Positions 34,942 through 44,210 are shown, counted from the stretch's first letter. The stretch: 64,000 nt of DNA from an uncultured Prevotella sp. (GCA_944320195.1 CALUGP010000059.1:2080-66079), one strand, 5' to 3'. Program-made: numbers and translations. The notes: generated from the letters alone by a model not told the origin.

Positions 34942-36066
34942 ATGGACGAAGTCCTCAACGCGCTTATCCTCTCATCGCTCGACCGCATTCAGCTGGGCAC
35001 GGCCGTGCAGCTGTGCCGCGCGGCGGGCAGCGCGTCGGCCGTGATAGACAACCGGCGCGACGCAAGGAGCATGCTTCCGGCCTGTCCGCAGCGCGTGGCC
35101 GATGCCTTGGCCGGCATCGACAGGATGAGGGGCAGGGCCGAGAGCGAGATTGAATACGCACTGCGCACCGGCGTAAAGATACTCTGCTGGGGCGGCGATG
35201 GCTATCCGCGGCGGCTCGCTTCGTGCGAGGACGCGCCGCTGGTGCTCTTCTTCCGCGGCACGGGCGGGCTTGACAGCCGTCGTGTTGTCAGCATAGTGGG
35301 CACGCGCCGGTGCACCGCCTACGGGCAAGACTGCGTCGGCTCGTTCGTAAGACGGCTGGCCGAGCTGTGCCCGGAGACGCTCGTCGTTAGCGGACTGGCT
35401 TACGGAATAGACATCTGCGCGCACCGCGACGCCCTCGAAGCCGGGCTTGACACAGTGGCCGTATTGGCCCACGGACTGGACAACCTTTACCCTCCGCGCC
35501 ACAAGGACACGGCCGACCGCATGCTCGCCCACGGCGGACTGCTCACCGAACACTTCACCCACACCAACGCCGACAAGCTGAACTTCCTGCGACGCAACCG
35601 CATAGTGGCCGGCCTGGCGGACGTCGTGGTGGTGGCGGAGAGCGCAAGCCACGGCGGCGCTCTTGTCACAGCACGCATCGCCCAGAGCTATAGCCGCGAC
35701 GTGTTCGCCTTTCCCGGCCGCGTGGGCGACGAATATTCTGAGGGCTGCAACAACCTGATACGCGACAACAAGGCCACGCTCATAACCTCGGCCGACGACT
35801 TGGTGCGGGCCATGGGATGGCAGGACGACGCCACGCTTGCCGTCGCCCGGAGGCAGGGAATAGAGCGGACGCTCTTCCCCGAGCTGTCTGTCGAGGAACA
35901 GGCCGTGGCCGACATCCTCCTGAAAGACAACGACTTGCAGATAAACACGCTCTCCGTCAGCACGGGAATGGCCGTTGGCCGCCTGGCCGCCGTGATGTTC
36001 TCGCTCGAGATGAAAGGCCTTGTGAAGTGTCGCGCTGGAGGAGTTTACCATTTAATAAGAAGTTAA
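34942..36066 (+). CDS. dprA: DNA-processing protein DprA
   Basis: Rossmann-like SGLAYGIDICAHRDAL, NFLRRNRIVAGL, GGALVTA motifs plus C-terminal winged-helix domain. Confidence 0.9.
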   Translation: MDEVLNALILSSLDRIQLGTAVQLCRAAGSASAVIDNRRDARSMLPACPQRVADALAGIDRMRGRAESEIEYALRTGVKILCWGGDGYPRRLASCEDAPLVLFFRGTGGLDSRRVVSIVGTRRCTAYGQDCVGSFVRRLAELCPETLVVSGLAYGIDICAHRDALEAGLDTVAVLAHGLDNLYPPRHKDTADRMLAHGGLLTEHFTHTNADKLNFLRRNRIVAGLADVVVVAESASHGGALVTARIAQSYSRDVFAFPGRVGDEYSEGCNNLIRDNKATLITSADDLVRAMGWQDDATLAVARRQGIERTLFPELSVEEQAVADILLKDNDLQINTLSVSTGMAVGRLAAVMFSLEMKGLVKCRAGGVYHLIRS

Positions 36067-36190
36067 AGAATTTACAGAAGTTATAGAAGTTAAAGCCGAA
36101 TGCTTTGTCAAAAGGCACTTGGATATGTTCTTACGACCGGCACGGCATGCGGCTTTAACTTCTATAACTTCAGTAAATTCTCTAAATTCT
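36058..36190. repeat. family B word-palindrome, locus B6 (AGAAGTTAAAG words)
   Basis: GAAGTTAAAGAATTTACAGAAGTTATAGAAGTTAAAGCCGAATGC / GCATGCGGCTTTAACTTCTATAACTTCAGTAAATTCTCTAAATTC. The dprA TAA lies in the left arm. Confidence 0.85.
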
Positions 36191-36205
36191 AAAACAAAAA
36201 AGACA

Positions 36206-37222
36206 ATGAACATTCGCAACATACAGTTTGGGGAACGGCCTCTCTTCCTCGCTCCGATGGAAGACGTGACCGACATCGGCTTCCGCCGCCTGTGCAAGAG
36301 ATACGGAGCGGCCATGGTATATACCGAGTTTGTAAGCGCCGAAGCCCTTGTGCGGTCGGTCAAGAGCACCGTGTCGAAGCTGACGATAAGCGACGACGAG
36401 CGGCCCGTGGGCATCCAGATATACGGGCGCGACGCCGAGTCGATGGCCGAGGCGGCCAAAATCGTGGAGGCGGCCGGCCCTGACTTGATTGACCTTAACT
36501 TCGGTTGTCCGGTGAAGAAGGTGGCCGGCAAGGGCGCCGGGGCAGGCATGCTGCGCGACATTCCGCTGATGCTGAAGATAACGCGGGCCGTGGTTGACGC
36601 GGTGAAAGTGCCCGTAACGGTGAAGACCAGGCTGGGATGGGACGCGCAGAACCTGGTAATCGATGGCCTGGCCGAGCAGCTGCAGGACTGCGGTATAGAG
36701 GCTCTCACCATACACGGACGCACCCGAGCCCAGATGTACACGGGCGATGCGGACTGGACTTTGATTGGAAAGGTGAAGCAGAATCCGCGCATACGCATAC
36801 CGATAATTGGCAACGGCGACATCCGCACGCCTGAGGAGGCCCGGCAGGCGTTCGAGCGTTACGGCGTGGACGCGGTGATGGTGGGTCGCGCCACGTTCGG
36901 ACATCCGTGGCTGTTCAAGGAAATGCGCGACTATCTCGACGGCCGTCCGGAGGACGCGTCGCTGACAATCGACAAGAAGATAGACATCCTCGAGGAGCAG
37001 CTGCGCATCAACGTGGAGCGCATCGACGAGTATCGCGGCATACTGCACACGCGCCGCCACTTGGCGGCCAGCCCTGTGTTCAAGGGCATACCGAACTTCC
37101 GCCAGACGCGCATAGCCATGCTCCGCGCCGAGACGGTGAGTGAACTTACGGGCATATTGGAGCAATGCCGGGAGATGTTGAGCACCCACCCCAGCCCTCC
37201 CGAAGGGAGGGAGCTTGATTAG
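36206..37222 (+). CDS. dusB: tRNA-dihydrouridine synthase
   Basis: LAPMEDVTDIGFRRLC, DLNFGCPVKKV, HGRTR motifs. ATG 36206 is chosen because the longer ORF starts inside a family-B repeat. Last 13 codons lie in a family-D repeat. Confidence 0.9.
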   Translation: MNIRNIQFGERPLFLAPMEDVTDIGFRRLCKRYGAAMVYTEFVSAEALVRSVKSTVSKLTISDDERPVGIQIYGRDAESMAEAAKIVEAAGPDLIDLNFGCPVKKVAGKGAGAGMLRDIPLMLKITRAVVDAVKVPVTVKTRLGWDAQNLVIDGLAEQLQDCGIEALTIHGRTRAQMYTGDADWTLIGKVKQNPRIRIPIIGNGDIRTPEEARQAFERYGVDAVMVGRATFGHPWLFKEMRDYLDGRPEDASLTIDKKIDILEEQLRINVERIDEYRGILHTRRHLAASPVFKGIPNFRQTRIAMLRAETVSELTGILEQCREMLSTHPSPPEGRELD

Positions 37223-37224
37223 CC
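37183..37224 (-). repeat. family D module (encodes the dus C-terminus and stop)
   Basis: CACCCACCCCAGCCCTCCCGAAGGGAGGGAGCTTGATTAGCC. Confidence 0.8.
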
Positions 37225-37301
37225 ATGGCTGTTTGCACGGTGTTTTCCGGTTATCCCATTATTCCCTGTTCTCCCATAACTCCATTAACCCCCATCAATA
37301 A

Positions 37302-38018
37302 ATGACTACCGACTTTCAATCACGCACGCGCCTGCTTGTAGGCGACGATGCCGCAGGGCGGCTTTCAGACATCAGAGTGATAGTTTTCGGCGTTGGCGGC
37401 GTTGGCAGCTGGTGCGTCGAGGGGCTGGTGCGTTCGGGCGTGAGGCGTGTCACCATCGTTGACCCCGACTGCGTTTGCCCCTCGAACGTCAACCGGCAGC
37501 TCATGGCTACGGCCGAGACCGTAGGCCGTGTGAAGGTGGACGCGCTGAAGGAACACCTGCTTACGATAAACCCCGAGGCCGAGATTGACGCGCGCCACAT
37601 GGCCTTCTGCGCCGGCACGGCAGGCCAGTTTGACCTGAATGGGTATGATTATGTCATCGACGCAATAGACAGCTTGCAGGACAAGATGCTGCTCATACGC
37701 GCTGCGTGCGACTCCCGCGCCACGCTGTTCTCGTCGATGGGAGCCGCCCGCAAGCTTGACCCTACGCGCGTCCGGGTGGCCGAGTTCTGGAAGGTACAGG
37801 GCTGTCCGTTGGCCCGTTCGCTGCGGCAGGGCTTCAAGAAGAGCGGCCTGCTGCCATCGCGCAAGTTCCAGTGCGTGTACAGCGACGAGCTGCTCGACAA
37901 TGCCGGAACGTCTCTGGAGCCTCGCGCCAACGGCTCCATGGTGCACATAACGGCCGTGTTCGGCTTCACGTTGGCCGGACTCGTCATAGGCGACGTGGTG
38001 CATAGACACGATTGTTAA
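37302..38018 (+). CDS. tcdA: tRNA threonylcarbamoyladenosine dehydratase (ThiF/E1-like)
   Basis: VIVFGVGGVGSW nucleotide-binding loop, NVNRQ motif; size fits TcdA/CsdL. Confidence 0.85.
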   Translation: MTTDFQSRTRLLVGDDAAGRLSDIRVIVFGVGGVGSWCVEGLVRSGVRRVTIVDPDCVCPSNVNRQLMATAETVGRVKVDALKEHLLTINPEAEIDARHMAFCAGTAGQFDLNGYDYVIDAIDSLQDKMLLIRAACDSRATLFSSMGAARKLDPTRVRVAEFWKVQGCPLARSLRQGFKKSGLLPSRKFQCVYSDELLDNAGTSLEPRANGSMVHITAVFGFTLAGLVIGDVVHRHDC

Positions 38019-38056
38019 TTCTTAACTCTTAATTCTTAACTTTTAACTCTTAATTC
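38014..38056. repeat. family B single arm, locus B7
   Basis: GTTAATTCTTAACTCTTAATTCTTAACTTTTAACTCTTAATTC, containing the tcdA TAA. Confidence 0.75.
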
Positions 38057-38142
38057 AAAAGGTCGTCTTTCGCACGATGAAAGACGGCCTTTTGCGTTGC
38101 GATTTGCGCCCTTTTGGCGTGTAAAAGGCCGTCTTTTGAAAG
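38056..38142. repeat. family A array, locus A11
   Basis: AAAAGGTCGTCTTTCGCACGATGAAAGACGGCCTTTT hairpin plus further units, between convergent tcdA and the M16 peptidase gene. Confidence 0.85.
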
Positions 38143-38187
38143 CCGTTGTGTAATGTGTTGAAAACCAGGATGTTGTCAATGCGGCAT

Positions 38188-38229
38188 GAAAAAGCCCCCT
38201 TGCGGCTGATAGTGTGCCGCAAGGGGGCT
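38188..38229 (-). terminator. intrinsic terminator candidate downstream of the M16 peptidase gene
   Basis: AGCCCCCTTGCGGC-tgatagtgt-GCCGCAAGGGGGCT; the minus strand is followed by TTTTT. Confidence 0.7.
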
Positions 38230-38255
38230 TGCTTATGGTCAACTAACGTTGGCTG

Positions 38256-41090
38256 TTATTTCTTCTCCGCCTCGGGCAGCATCACCACTTTGACGCTGTT
38301 GCCGCCTGCGAAAATCACGTCTTTCATGAACTTGGCCACCTTCTCGGGTGTCAGAGCGTTGATTACGTCTTTGTATTTAGTAACGGTGTCAACGCCGTAC
38401 TCGTCCAAGTCGTTGATTGCACTGACCCAATAGCTGTTGGTCTTGGCGTTCTCGTCGGCGCGCTTCAGCATCAGCTCCTTTACCTTGGCGAGCTTCTCCG
38501 CGTCAACGGTAGTAGCCATCTTGTGGGCCTCGTCGTTCATTATCTTCAATGCCACGTCACACATCTCGGGCTTCATCGGGCATACGCCGATTATCGCGTT
38601 GAACGGCGTGTCGCCTCCGAGGTCGACAAATCCGGCTGCGCCCGTAGAGTAAGCCGCGCTAGCATCCTCGCGGATTGCCTTCAGGTAAACCATGTCGAGA
38701 ATCTGTCCTGCAGCGTCGGCAGCCACCGCGTTTTCGAGAGAATAGGGCACGTTGAGGTTGTACCAGTAGATGTAAGAGTTGGCCTTGGGCGTCTCCATCT
38801 TGCGAGTGAACTTGTTTTCAATGTTGCCCTTGGCGTAGCTTGACACGGGCTTCCACTCCTCCTTCACGCCGTTTGCAGGCAGCGAGGCTATGTATTGCTC
38901 GATGAGCGGACGTATGGCGGCCTCGTCGAAGTTGCCCACGAAGGTGAAGGTGTAGTCGCCGGCGTTGGCCGTGCGCTCCTTGGCAATCTGTAGAATGCGG
39001 TCGTAGTTGGCGTTCTTCAGGTCTTCAATCTTCAGCGACTCGAAGCGTGGGTTGTGGCTGTACAGTGTGGCGCGGAGCGAGTCAGAGAAAGCCTTTTCAG
39101 GCGACAGACCCTGGTTCTTGAGGCTGGTTTCGAGGATGTTCATCAGCTGGCCGTAGCTCTTCTCGTCCTTCTTGATGTCTGTGAAGTAGAGATATGTCAG
39201 CTGGAACAGCGTCTCCAGATCTTTCGGCGTAGACCTTCCACTAGCTCCTTCGTGCAGGTTGGAGAGCGTGAGGTTCACGTTTGCCTGCTTACCGGCGAGC
39301 GCCTTCTCAAGCTCCGTGCTGCTGAAGTTGCCCAGTCCGCTTGATGCTATCACGGCGTCATACAGCTTCGCGTTCGACATGTCGCTCTCAGGCAGCAGTG
39401 ACGAGCCGCCTTTTGACGATGCGCTCATGATGATTTCGTCATCCTTGAAGTCTGTCTTCTTCAGAAATACGCGTGCGCCGTTTGAAAGGGTAAGCTCCTT
39501 GTAGCCCAGCGCGGCGTTCTCCTTCTCGCTCACGATGCTGCCTTTCTTGGGCAGTTCCTTGATGAGCGGCTCGTTCTTCACGTTGTCAACCCATGCCGTG
39601 AGCTGCTCTCCGTGAACGGCGTCGATGGCCGCCTTGACGGCCTCAGGAGTGGGATAGACCGCTCCTTCCTTCTCGTTGTATACGGCGTAGACGACAAGAT
39701 TGGTGTCGGTAACGCTGACAAGCTCCTTTATTGTCTCGTTGGCAAGCTCGACGGGAAGCATCGGCGCAATCTGCTGCATGGTCTGGTATTGGTCTGCGAT
39801 GGAAGGAATAGGCTCGTTGCTGAGGAAGTGATCGCGGTACTGATCGCCCCAGAAGCTGTTTTCCTGCTTGTCGCGGTTGGTGTAGATTTTCTCCAGCCAG
39901 CTCATGTATTCGTCCTTTGCACGGACGTATTCGGTAGCGGTGTAGCCGAACTTGGCGGCGCGCATGACCTCGCGCATCGCCGCCTTGATGGCCTCTTCGG
40001 TCTTTCCCGGCTTGGGAACGCAGATTAGCGAGAACGCGTCTTTCGTCTTTGAGTAGATGTATTCGCCGTCCTGGACGAGTGCCTGGACGAACGGGCAGTC
40101 GGGGTTTTGCGCTATTTCGCCGAGTCGCGCGTTGAGCATTTGCGTGCAAAGGCTGACGGCATACTGCTGGAGAAGGTAGATCATGTTGCCCTTCAGGCTG
40201 TCGGGCACGGCGTCGTGCTTGAACATTATCTGTACCACGTCTACCTGCTGTTCCTTGTCTTTGTCGACGATGATGATTGCCTCGTTGTTGTCGGGCACGG
40301 GTTCGTCAACCACCGGAACGGCGTTCTCTGGCATTTTTATGGAGCTGAACATCTCTTTTATCTTCTGCTCGGTGCGGTTCACGTCAACGTCGCCCACCAC
40401 GATGATGGCCTGGTTGTCGGGTCTGTACCACTTGTGGTAGTACGCACGCAGGGCCTCGGGCTTGAAGTTGTCGATTACGGACATAAGTCCGATGGGCATG
40501 CGCTTGCCGTACTTGCTGCCGGGATACAGCTTCTCGAGGTTGCGCTCCATCATTCTCTGGCCGGCGGAAGAGCGCAGGCGCCACTCTTCGTGTATCACTC
40601 CGCGCTCCTTGTCAATCTCCTTGGCGTCGAGCGTGAGGCCGTTTGACCAGTCCTTGAGTATGAGCAGGCAGGAGTCCAGCGACGCGATGTTGGCCGAAGG
40701 CACGTTGCACACGCGGTAGACGGTCTGGTCTACGGCGGTGTAAGCGTTCAGGTCGGAGCCGAACTCCACGCCTATTGAGCGCAGGTATTCGATGAGGCGG
40801 TCGCCCGGGTAGTTGTCAGAGCCGTTGAAGGCCATGTGCTCCAGGAAGTGAGCCAGTCCGCGCTGGTCTTCCTCCTCCTGTATGGAGCCTACGCGCTGGG
40901 CGATGTAGAAGTTGACACGGTGTTCCGGATAACCGTTATGGCGGATGTAATATGTAAGGCCGTTAGGCAGTTTGCCAATCCTTACGGCGCTGTCCACGGG
41001 GATTGGGGGCAGCTGCATTCCTTGCGCCATAACAGCCGCTGCGCTTGTGACGAATAGCACTGCGGCGACGAAAAGATGTTTTAATTTCAT
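38256..41090 (-). CDS. M16 family zinc peptidase (insulinase/PqqL-like, two-unit)
   Basis: Signal peptide; inverted zincin motif HFLEHMAFNGS; 944 aa four-domain layout. Confidence 0.9.
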   Translation of the reverse strand: MKLKHLFVAAVLFVTSAAAVMAQGMQLPPIPVDSAVRIGKLPNGLTYYIRHNGYPEHRVNFYIAQRVGSIQEEEDQRGLAHFLEHMAFNGSDNYPGDRLIEYLRSIGVEFGSDLNAYTAVDQTVYRVCNVPSANIASLDSCLLILKDWSNGLTLDAKEIDKERGVIHEEWRLRSSAGQRMMERNLEKLYPGSKYGKRMPIGLMSVIDNFKPEALRAYYHKWYRPDNQAIIVVGDVDVNRTEQKIKEMFSSIKMPENAVPVVDEPVPDNNEAIIIVDKDKEQQVDVVQIMFKHDAVPDSLKGNMIYLLQQYAVSLCTQMLNARLGEIAQNPDCPFVQALVQDGEYIYSKTKDAFSLICVPKPGKTEEAIKAAMREVMRAAKFGYTATEYVRAKDEYMSWLEKIYTNRDKQENSFWGDQYRDHFLSNEPIPSIADQYQTMQQIAPMLPVELANETIKELVSVTDTNLVVYAVYNEKEGAVYPTPEAVKAAIDAVHGEQLTAWVDNVKNEPLIKELPKKGSIVSEKENAALGYKELTLSNGARVFLKKTDFKDDEIIMSASSKGGSSLLPESDMSNAKLYDAVIASSGLGNFSSTELEKALAGKQANVNLTLSNLHEGASGRSTPKDLETLFQLTYLYFTDIKKDEKSYGQLMNILETSLKNQGLSPEKAFSDSLRATLYSHNPRFESLKIEDLKNANYDRILQIAKERTANAGDYTFTFVGNFDEAAIRPLIEQYIASLPANGVKEEWKPVSSYAKGNIENKFTRKMETPKANSYIYWYNLNVPYSLENAVAADAAGQILDMVYLKAIREDASAAYSTGAAGFVDLGGDTPFNAIIGVCPMKPEMCDVALKIMNDEAHKMATTVDAEKLAKVKELMLKRADENAKTNSYWVSAINDLDEYGVDTVTKYKDVINALTPEKVAKFMKDVIFAGGNSVKVVMLPEAEKK

Positions 41091-41114
41091 AAAAGTTTGA
41101 TTTTAAAAGGTGTA

Positions 41115-41122
41115 CAAATATA
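41115..41122 (-). promoter_or_regulatory. Bacteroidetes -7 box for the M16 peptidase gene
   Basis: Minus-strand TATATTTG 25 nt upstream of ATG 41090. Confidence 0.5.
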
Positions 41123-41227
41123 GTTTTTTCCGTGGTCAACGGTGTTGACCTTATCTTAAAATTAATGTTTTTTATACTTTTTGCAGACGCAAACGGGGGT
41201 TCTGCCTGCAATCTGTAAGAAGGCGGC

Positions 41228-41440
41228 TTACGGCTCGTCGCTGTATTCAAGTATGTCGCCTGGCTGGCATTCCAGTTCGCGGCATATTGCTTCGAGCGTG
41301 GAGAAGCGCACGGCCTTGGCCTTGCCCGTCTTCAGTATGGACAGGTTCGCCTGTGTCAGGCCTACGCGCTCGGCCAGCTCGGAGAGCGAGATCTTGCGGC
41401 GCGCCATCACCACGTCGAGGTTGACTATTATTTTTCCCAT
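41228..41440 (-). CDS. XRE-family helix-turn-helix transcriptional regulator (YozG-like)
   Basis: 70 aa; ISLSELAERVGLTQANLSILKTGK HTH; sits immediately downstream of the DUF2975 gene, as is usual for this pair. Confidence 0.85.
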   Translation of the reverse strand: MGKIIVNLDVVMARRKISLSELAERVGLTQANLSILKTGKAKAVRFSTLEAICRELECQPGDILEYSDEP

Positions 41441-41475
41441 ATCGTGAAAGGTAAAAAAGTAAGCTTGGGTGGGGC

Positions 41476-42123
41476 TTATATCGTCAGTTCCTGTTCTTCT
41501 TTCATCCTCAGCCCTATGGCGAACGCCTCGGCCACCACCACGGCGAAGAGGCCGAAGATGACGCTTGTGATGTAGGCGGCCGAGCCGTAATCAACCACGT
41601 AGCCCGTCAGGCTGAACGACTGCTGGGCCAGATACGTGTCGTAGCAGCCGTCGGCCGTGGCTATGGCTCCCGTCGCCACGAGGCACCATCCCACGACGCG
41701 CAGCAGCGTGATGTTGCGCCGTGTGAAGATGGCGTTCCTGTTTACGTTGCGCACGAAGAGGATGAAGGCCGCAAGGGCTGCCACCGCCGCCGCGCCGTAG
41801 AGCAGCGTGTAGAGCAGGCGGAACACGGCTGTGCCCAGCCCGAGGCTGTCGTCCAGGGGGACGATCAGCTGCGTGGGCCAGGCCGTCAGCTGCCTGAATG
41901 TGGCCTTGTCGGTTATCGTCACGGCGGTGGCTTCGTCCATTTCGGCCGGCAGCAGCGTGATGTGGCTGAAGTTGCTTGGCGTTGTCTCCGTGACCGAACG
42001 TTCCTCCATGCCGTGCTTCATGCCGGCCGAGAAGCCCGTGAGAAACGTGTTCGACATGGACGCCAGGTGGCAGGCTATCACCACGAAGATGAGCGTGCAG
42101 AAAAGGTTGAGTCTCTTTTTCAT
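41476..42123 (-). CDS. DUF2975 family membrane protein
   Basis: 4-5 TM helices; genetic pairing with the small XRE regulator. Confidence 0.7.
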   Translation of the reverse strand: MKKRLNLFCTLIFVVIACHLASMSNTFLTGFSAGMKHGMEERSVTETTPSNFSHITLLPAEMDEATAVTITDKATFRQLTAWPTQLIVPLDDSLGLGTAVFRLLYTLLYGAAAVAALAAFILFVRNVNRNAIFTRRNITLLRVVGWCLVATGAIATADGCYDTYLAQQSFSLTGYVVDYGSAAYITSVIFGLFAVVVAEAFAIGLRMKEEQELTI

Positions 42124-42234
42124 TGTTGTTCCGGTTTTTGTTCCGCCAAGGCCAGCCGCCTTGTCATGGCGGGCGTCTGGCCTTGGGCGAGTTGTTTTGT
42201 TAGAGAGTGTGTTATCGAATATTGATTATTATTT

Positions 42235-42247
42235 ATCGTTTTTCGAT
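42235..42247. promoter_or_regulatory. candidate operator half 1 for the XRE regulator (ATCGTTTTTCGAT)
   Basis: 13-bp site preceded by TATTT. Its reverse complement occurs at 42301-42313. The pair brackets a TATCTTTG box at 42251-42258 (minus strand). Confidence 0.35.
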
Positions 42248-42300
42248 ATGCAAAGATATGGACAATATCTGTATGTTCCAAACTTTTTCAATAAATATTT

Positions 42301-42313
42301 ATCGAAAAACGAT
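42301..42313. promoter_or_regulatory. candidate operator half 2 (ATCGAAAAACGAT)
   Basis: Exact reverse complement of 42235-42247, also preceded by TATTT; centres 66 bp apart. Confidence 0.35.
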
Positions 42314-42345
42314 AATTTAACTTCCGTTTGCATATTGGCGGTGCT

Positions 42346-42456
42346 GCGAAAGGCCGTCTTTTGCGTTGCGAAAGGCCATGAATCGCGTTGCAAAAGGCCG
42401 TCTTTTGCACGCCAAAAGACTGCCTTTTGCAACGCGTTGAGCATCAGCCAGTTAGG
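42346..42456. repeat. family A array, locus A12 (divergent region)
   Basis: GCGTTGCAAAAGGCCGTCTTTTGCACGCCAAAAGACTGCCTTTTGCAACGC long hairpin plus two units; GCATCAGCCAGTTAGG module. Confidence 0.85.
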
Positions 42457-42529
42457 TTCATAAGGCTCGTCGGGCTTGACAAGTTTAATAGGCCAATGAG
42501 CCGAATGTGCCTGATAAGTCCGATAATGC
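42457..42529. repeat. family C minisatellite
   Basis: TTCATAAGGCTCGTCGGGCTTGACAAGTTTAATAGGCCAATGAGCCGAATGTGCCTGATAAGTCCGATAATGC. Confidence 0.7.
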
Positions 42530-42689
42530 AGGTAAACGGCGGTCCGCGCTGCTGCGGCGACAGGTGAAAAAATGCAAATATGGAGCGTTGCGGGTTTTAC
42601 TTTCGGCGGTTTTCGGGGTCTATATGATAAAGAGCGCGTCGGCAGACGCGGCGTTTCTATAGATGTAAAACCTAAAAATCCATACTGTT

Positions 42690-42911
42690 ATGAAATCATT
42701 GACTACGGTGAAGACTGCAGTGGCGGCCATGTGCATGTCGCTGCTTTTCGGCTCGTGCGTTGTCCACAGGCACTATGACGGGCCGCCGCATCACAGGAAA
42801 CACAAGAAGCACAAGAAGCCGAAGCCGCCACGCCGTCCGCACCACCGCGCCTTCGTGGACGGCTGTCATACCGGCGGAACGTATTACGCGGCCGCGTGGT
42901 ATTCGGCTTGA
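42690..42911 (+). CDS. small His/Lys/Pro-rich putative lipoprotein
   Basis: Lipobox SLLFGSC; mature part HRHYDGPPHHRKHKKHKKPKPPRRPHHR...; followed by a 26-bp hairpin; no homologue recognised. Confidence 0.4.
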   Translation: MKSLTTVKTAVAAMCMSLLFGSCVVHRHYDGPPHHRKHKKHKKPKPPRRPHHRAFVDGCHTGGTYYAAAWYSA

Positions 42912-42937
42912 GCCGGCCTGTAAGAGGCGGACAATAC

Positions 42938-43006
42938 GCATACGGGCGGACAAGAGGACTTGCTTTTTCCGTGGAACAAGGCAAGTCCTCTTGTCCGCCC
43001 GTATGC
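42938..43006. terminator. 26-bp perfect hairpin between convergent genes (bidirectional terminator candidate)
   Basis: GCATACGGGCGGACAAGAGGACTTGC - 17-nt loop - GCAAGTCCTCTTGTCCGCCCGTATGC. Shares CATACGGGCGGAC with the infB terminator. Confidence 0.6.
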
Positions 43007-43060
43007 TTGCAGCCTGCAGCTTAATGTGAAATCAGGCATGGGCAAACATCCTGACCATTG

Positions 43061-44206
43061 TTACTTGACAGCCGCGAACGCTCGCTTGAGCCGCAGGATG
43101 AAGTCGTCGGCCATCGCCTTGGTGAACGTAAGCGGCGGCAGCAGGCGCAGGATGTTGGTCGAGGCGCAGCCCGTGAAGCAGTGCTCGTCGTAGACGAGGC
43201 GGCTGCGCAGCTCCTTGTGCGGCATGTCGAGGTCTATGCCAATCATGAGTCCCCGGCCGCGCACGTCGGCGATGTGCTTCTCTTCCGCCTGCAATTCCTT
43301 CAGCCGCGCCATGAGATAGTCGCCAGTCTCGCGCGCGTTGTCCACCAGCCGCTCGTCCTCCATCACGTCGAGCACGGCCAGCGCGGCTGCGCACGCCATG
43401 TGGTTGCCGCCGAAGGTGGTGCCCAGTTGGCCGTATTCGGGCTTGAAGTCGGGCGAGATGAGCACGGCTCCCATGGGGAATCCGTTGCCTATTCCCTTCG
43501 CAACGGTGATAAGGTCGGGCCTGATGCCGAGCCACTGGTGGGCGAAGAACCGGCCCGAGCGGCCGTAGCCGCACTGTATCTCGTCGCACACCAGCACCGC
43601 GCCGTGCCGCTTGCAGGCCTCTTGCAGGCCCTGCGCAAACTCTTCCGTGGCCAGCTTTATGCCGCCCACTCCCTGTATGCACTCTATGATGCAGGCGCAT
43701 ACGTCGCCCTTGCTCAGCTCCGCCTCCCATGCCGCGAGGTCGTTCAGGGGCAGGTAAGTCACGTGCCCGTTGGCGTTGATGGGCGCTATTATCTTGGCGT
43801 TGTCGGTAGCCTCGACGGCCAGCGACGTGCGTCCGTGGAATGCCTTTGCGGCCGACAGCACACGTGTGCGCCCCGTCTTGAACGACGCCAGCTTCAATGC
43901 GTTCTCGTTGGCCTCGGCCCCGCTGTTTATAAGGAACAGCTGATAGTCCTCGTATCCGCACGCCTTGCCCAGGCGTTCGGCCACCCGGCGTTGCAACATG
44001 TTTATCACCGAGTTGCTGTAAAAGCCGAGAGCGTTAAGCTGTTCGGTCATCTTCTCTACGTAGTGCGGATGGCAATGGCCTATGCTTATGACGGCGTGGC
44101 CGCCGTAAAGGTCCAGATATTCCTGCCCCTTGTCGTCCCAGACGGAGCAGCCGCGACCTTTGACAATATTTATGTCAAATAACGGATATACGTCAAACAA
44201 TTCCAT
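43061..44206 (-). CDS. argD: acetyl/succinyl-ornithine aminotransferase (class III PLP)
   Basis: LDLYGGHAVISIGH, DEIQCGYGRSGRFF, TVAKGIGNGFP (PLP Lys) motifs. Confidence 0.9.
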   Translation of the reverse strand: MELFDVYPLFDINIVKGRGCSVWDDKGQEYLDLYGGHAVISIGHCHPHYVEKMTEQLNALGFYSNSVINMLQRRVAERLGKACGYEDYQLFLINSGAEANENALKLASFKTGRTRVLSAAKAFHGRTSLAVEATDNAKIIAPINANGHVTYLPLNDLAAWEAELSKGDVCACIIECIQGVGGIKLATEEFAQGLQEACKRHGAVLVCDEIQCGYGRSGRFFAHQWLGIRPDLITVAKGIGNGFPMGAVLISPDFKPEYGQLGTTFGGNHMACAAALAVLDVMEDERLVDNARETGDYLMARLKELQAEEKHIADVRGRGLMIGIDLDMPHKELRSRLVYDEHCFTGCASTNILRLLPPLTFTKAMADDFILRLKRAFAAVK

Positions 44207-44210
44207 TTTG

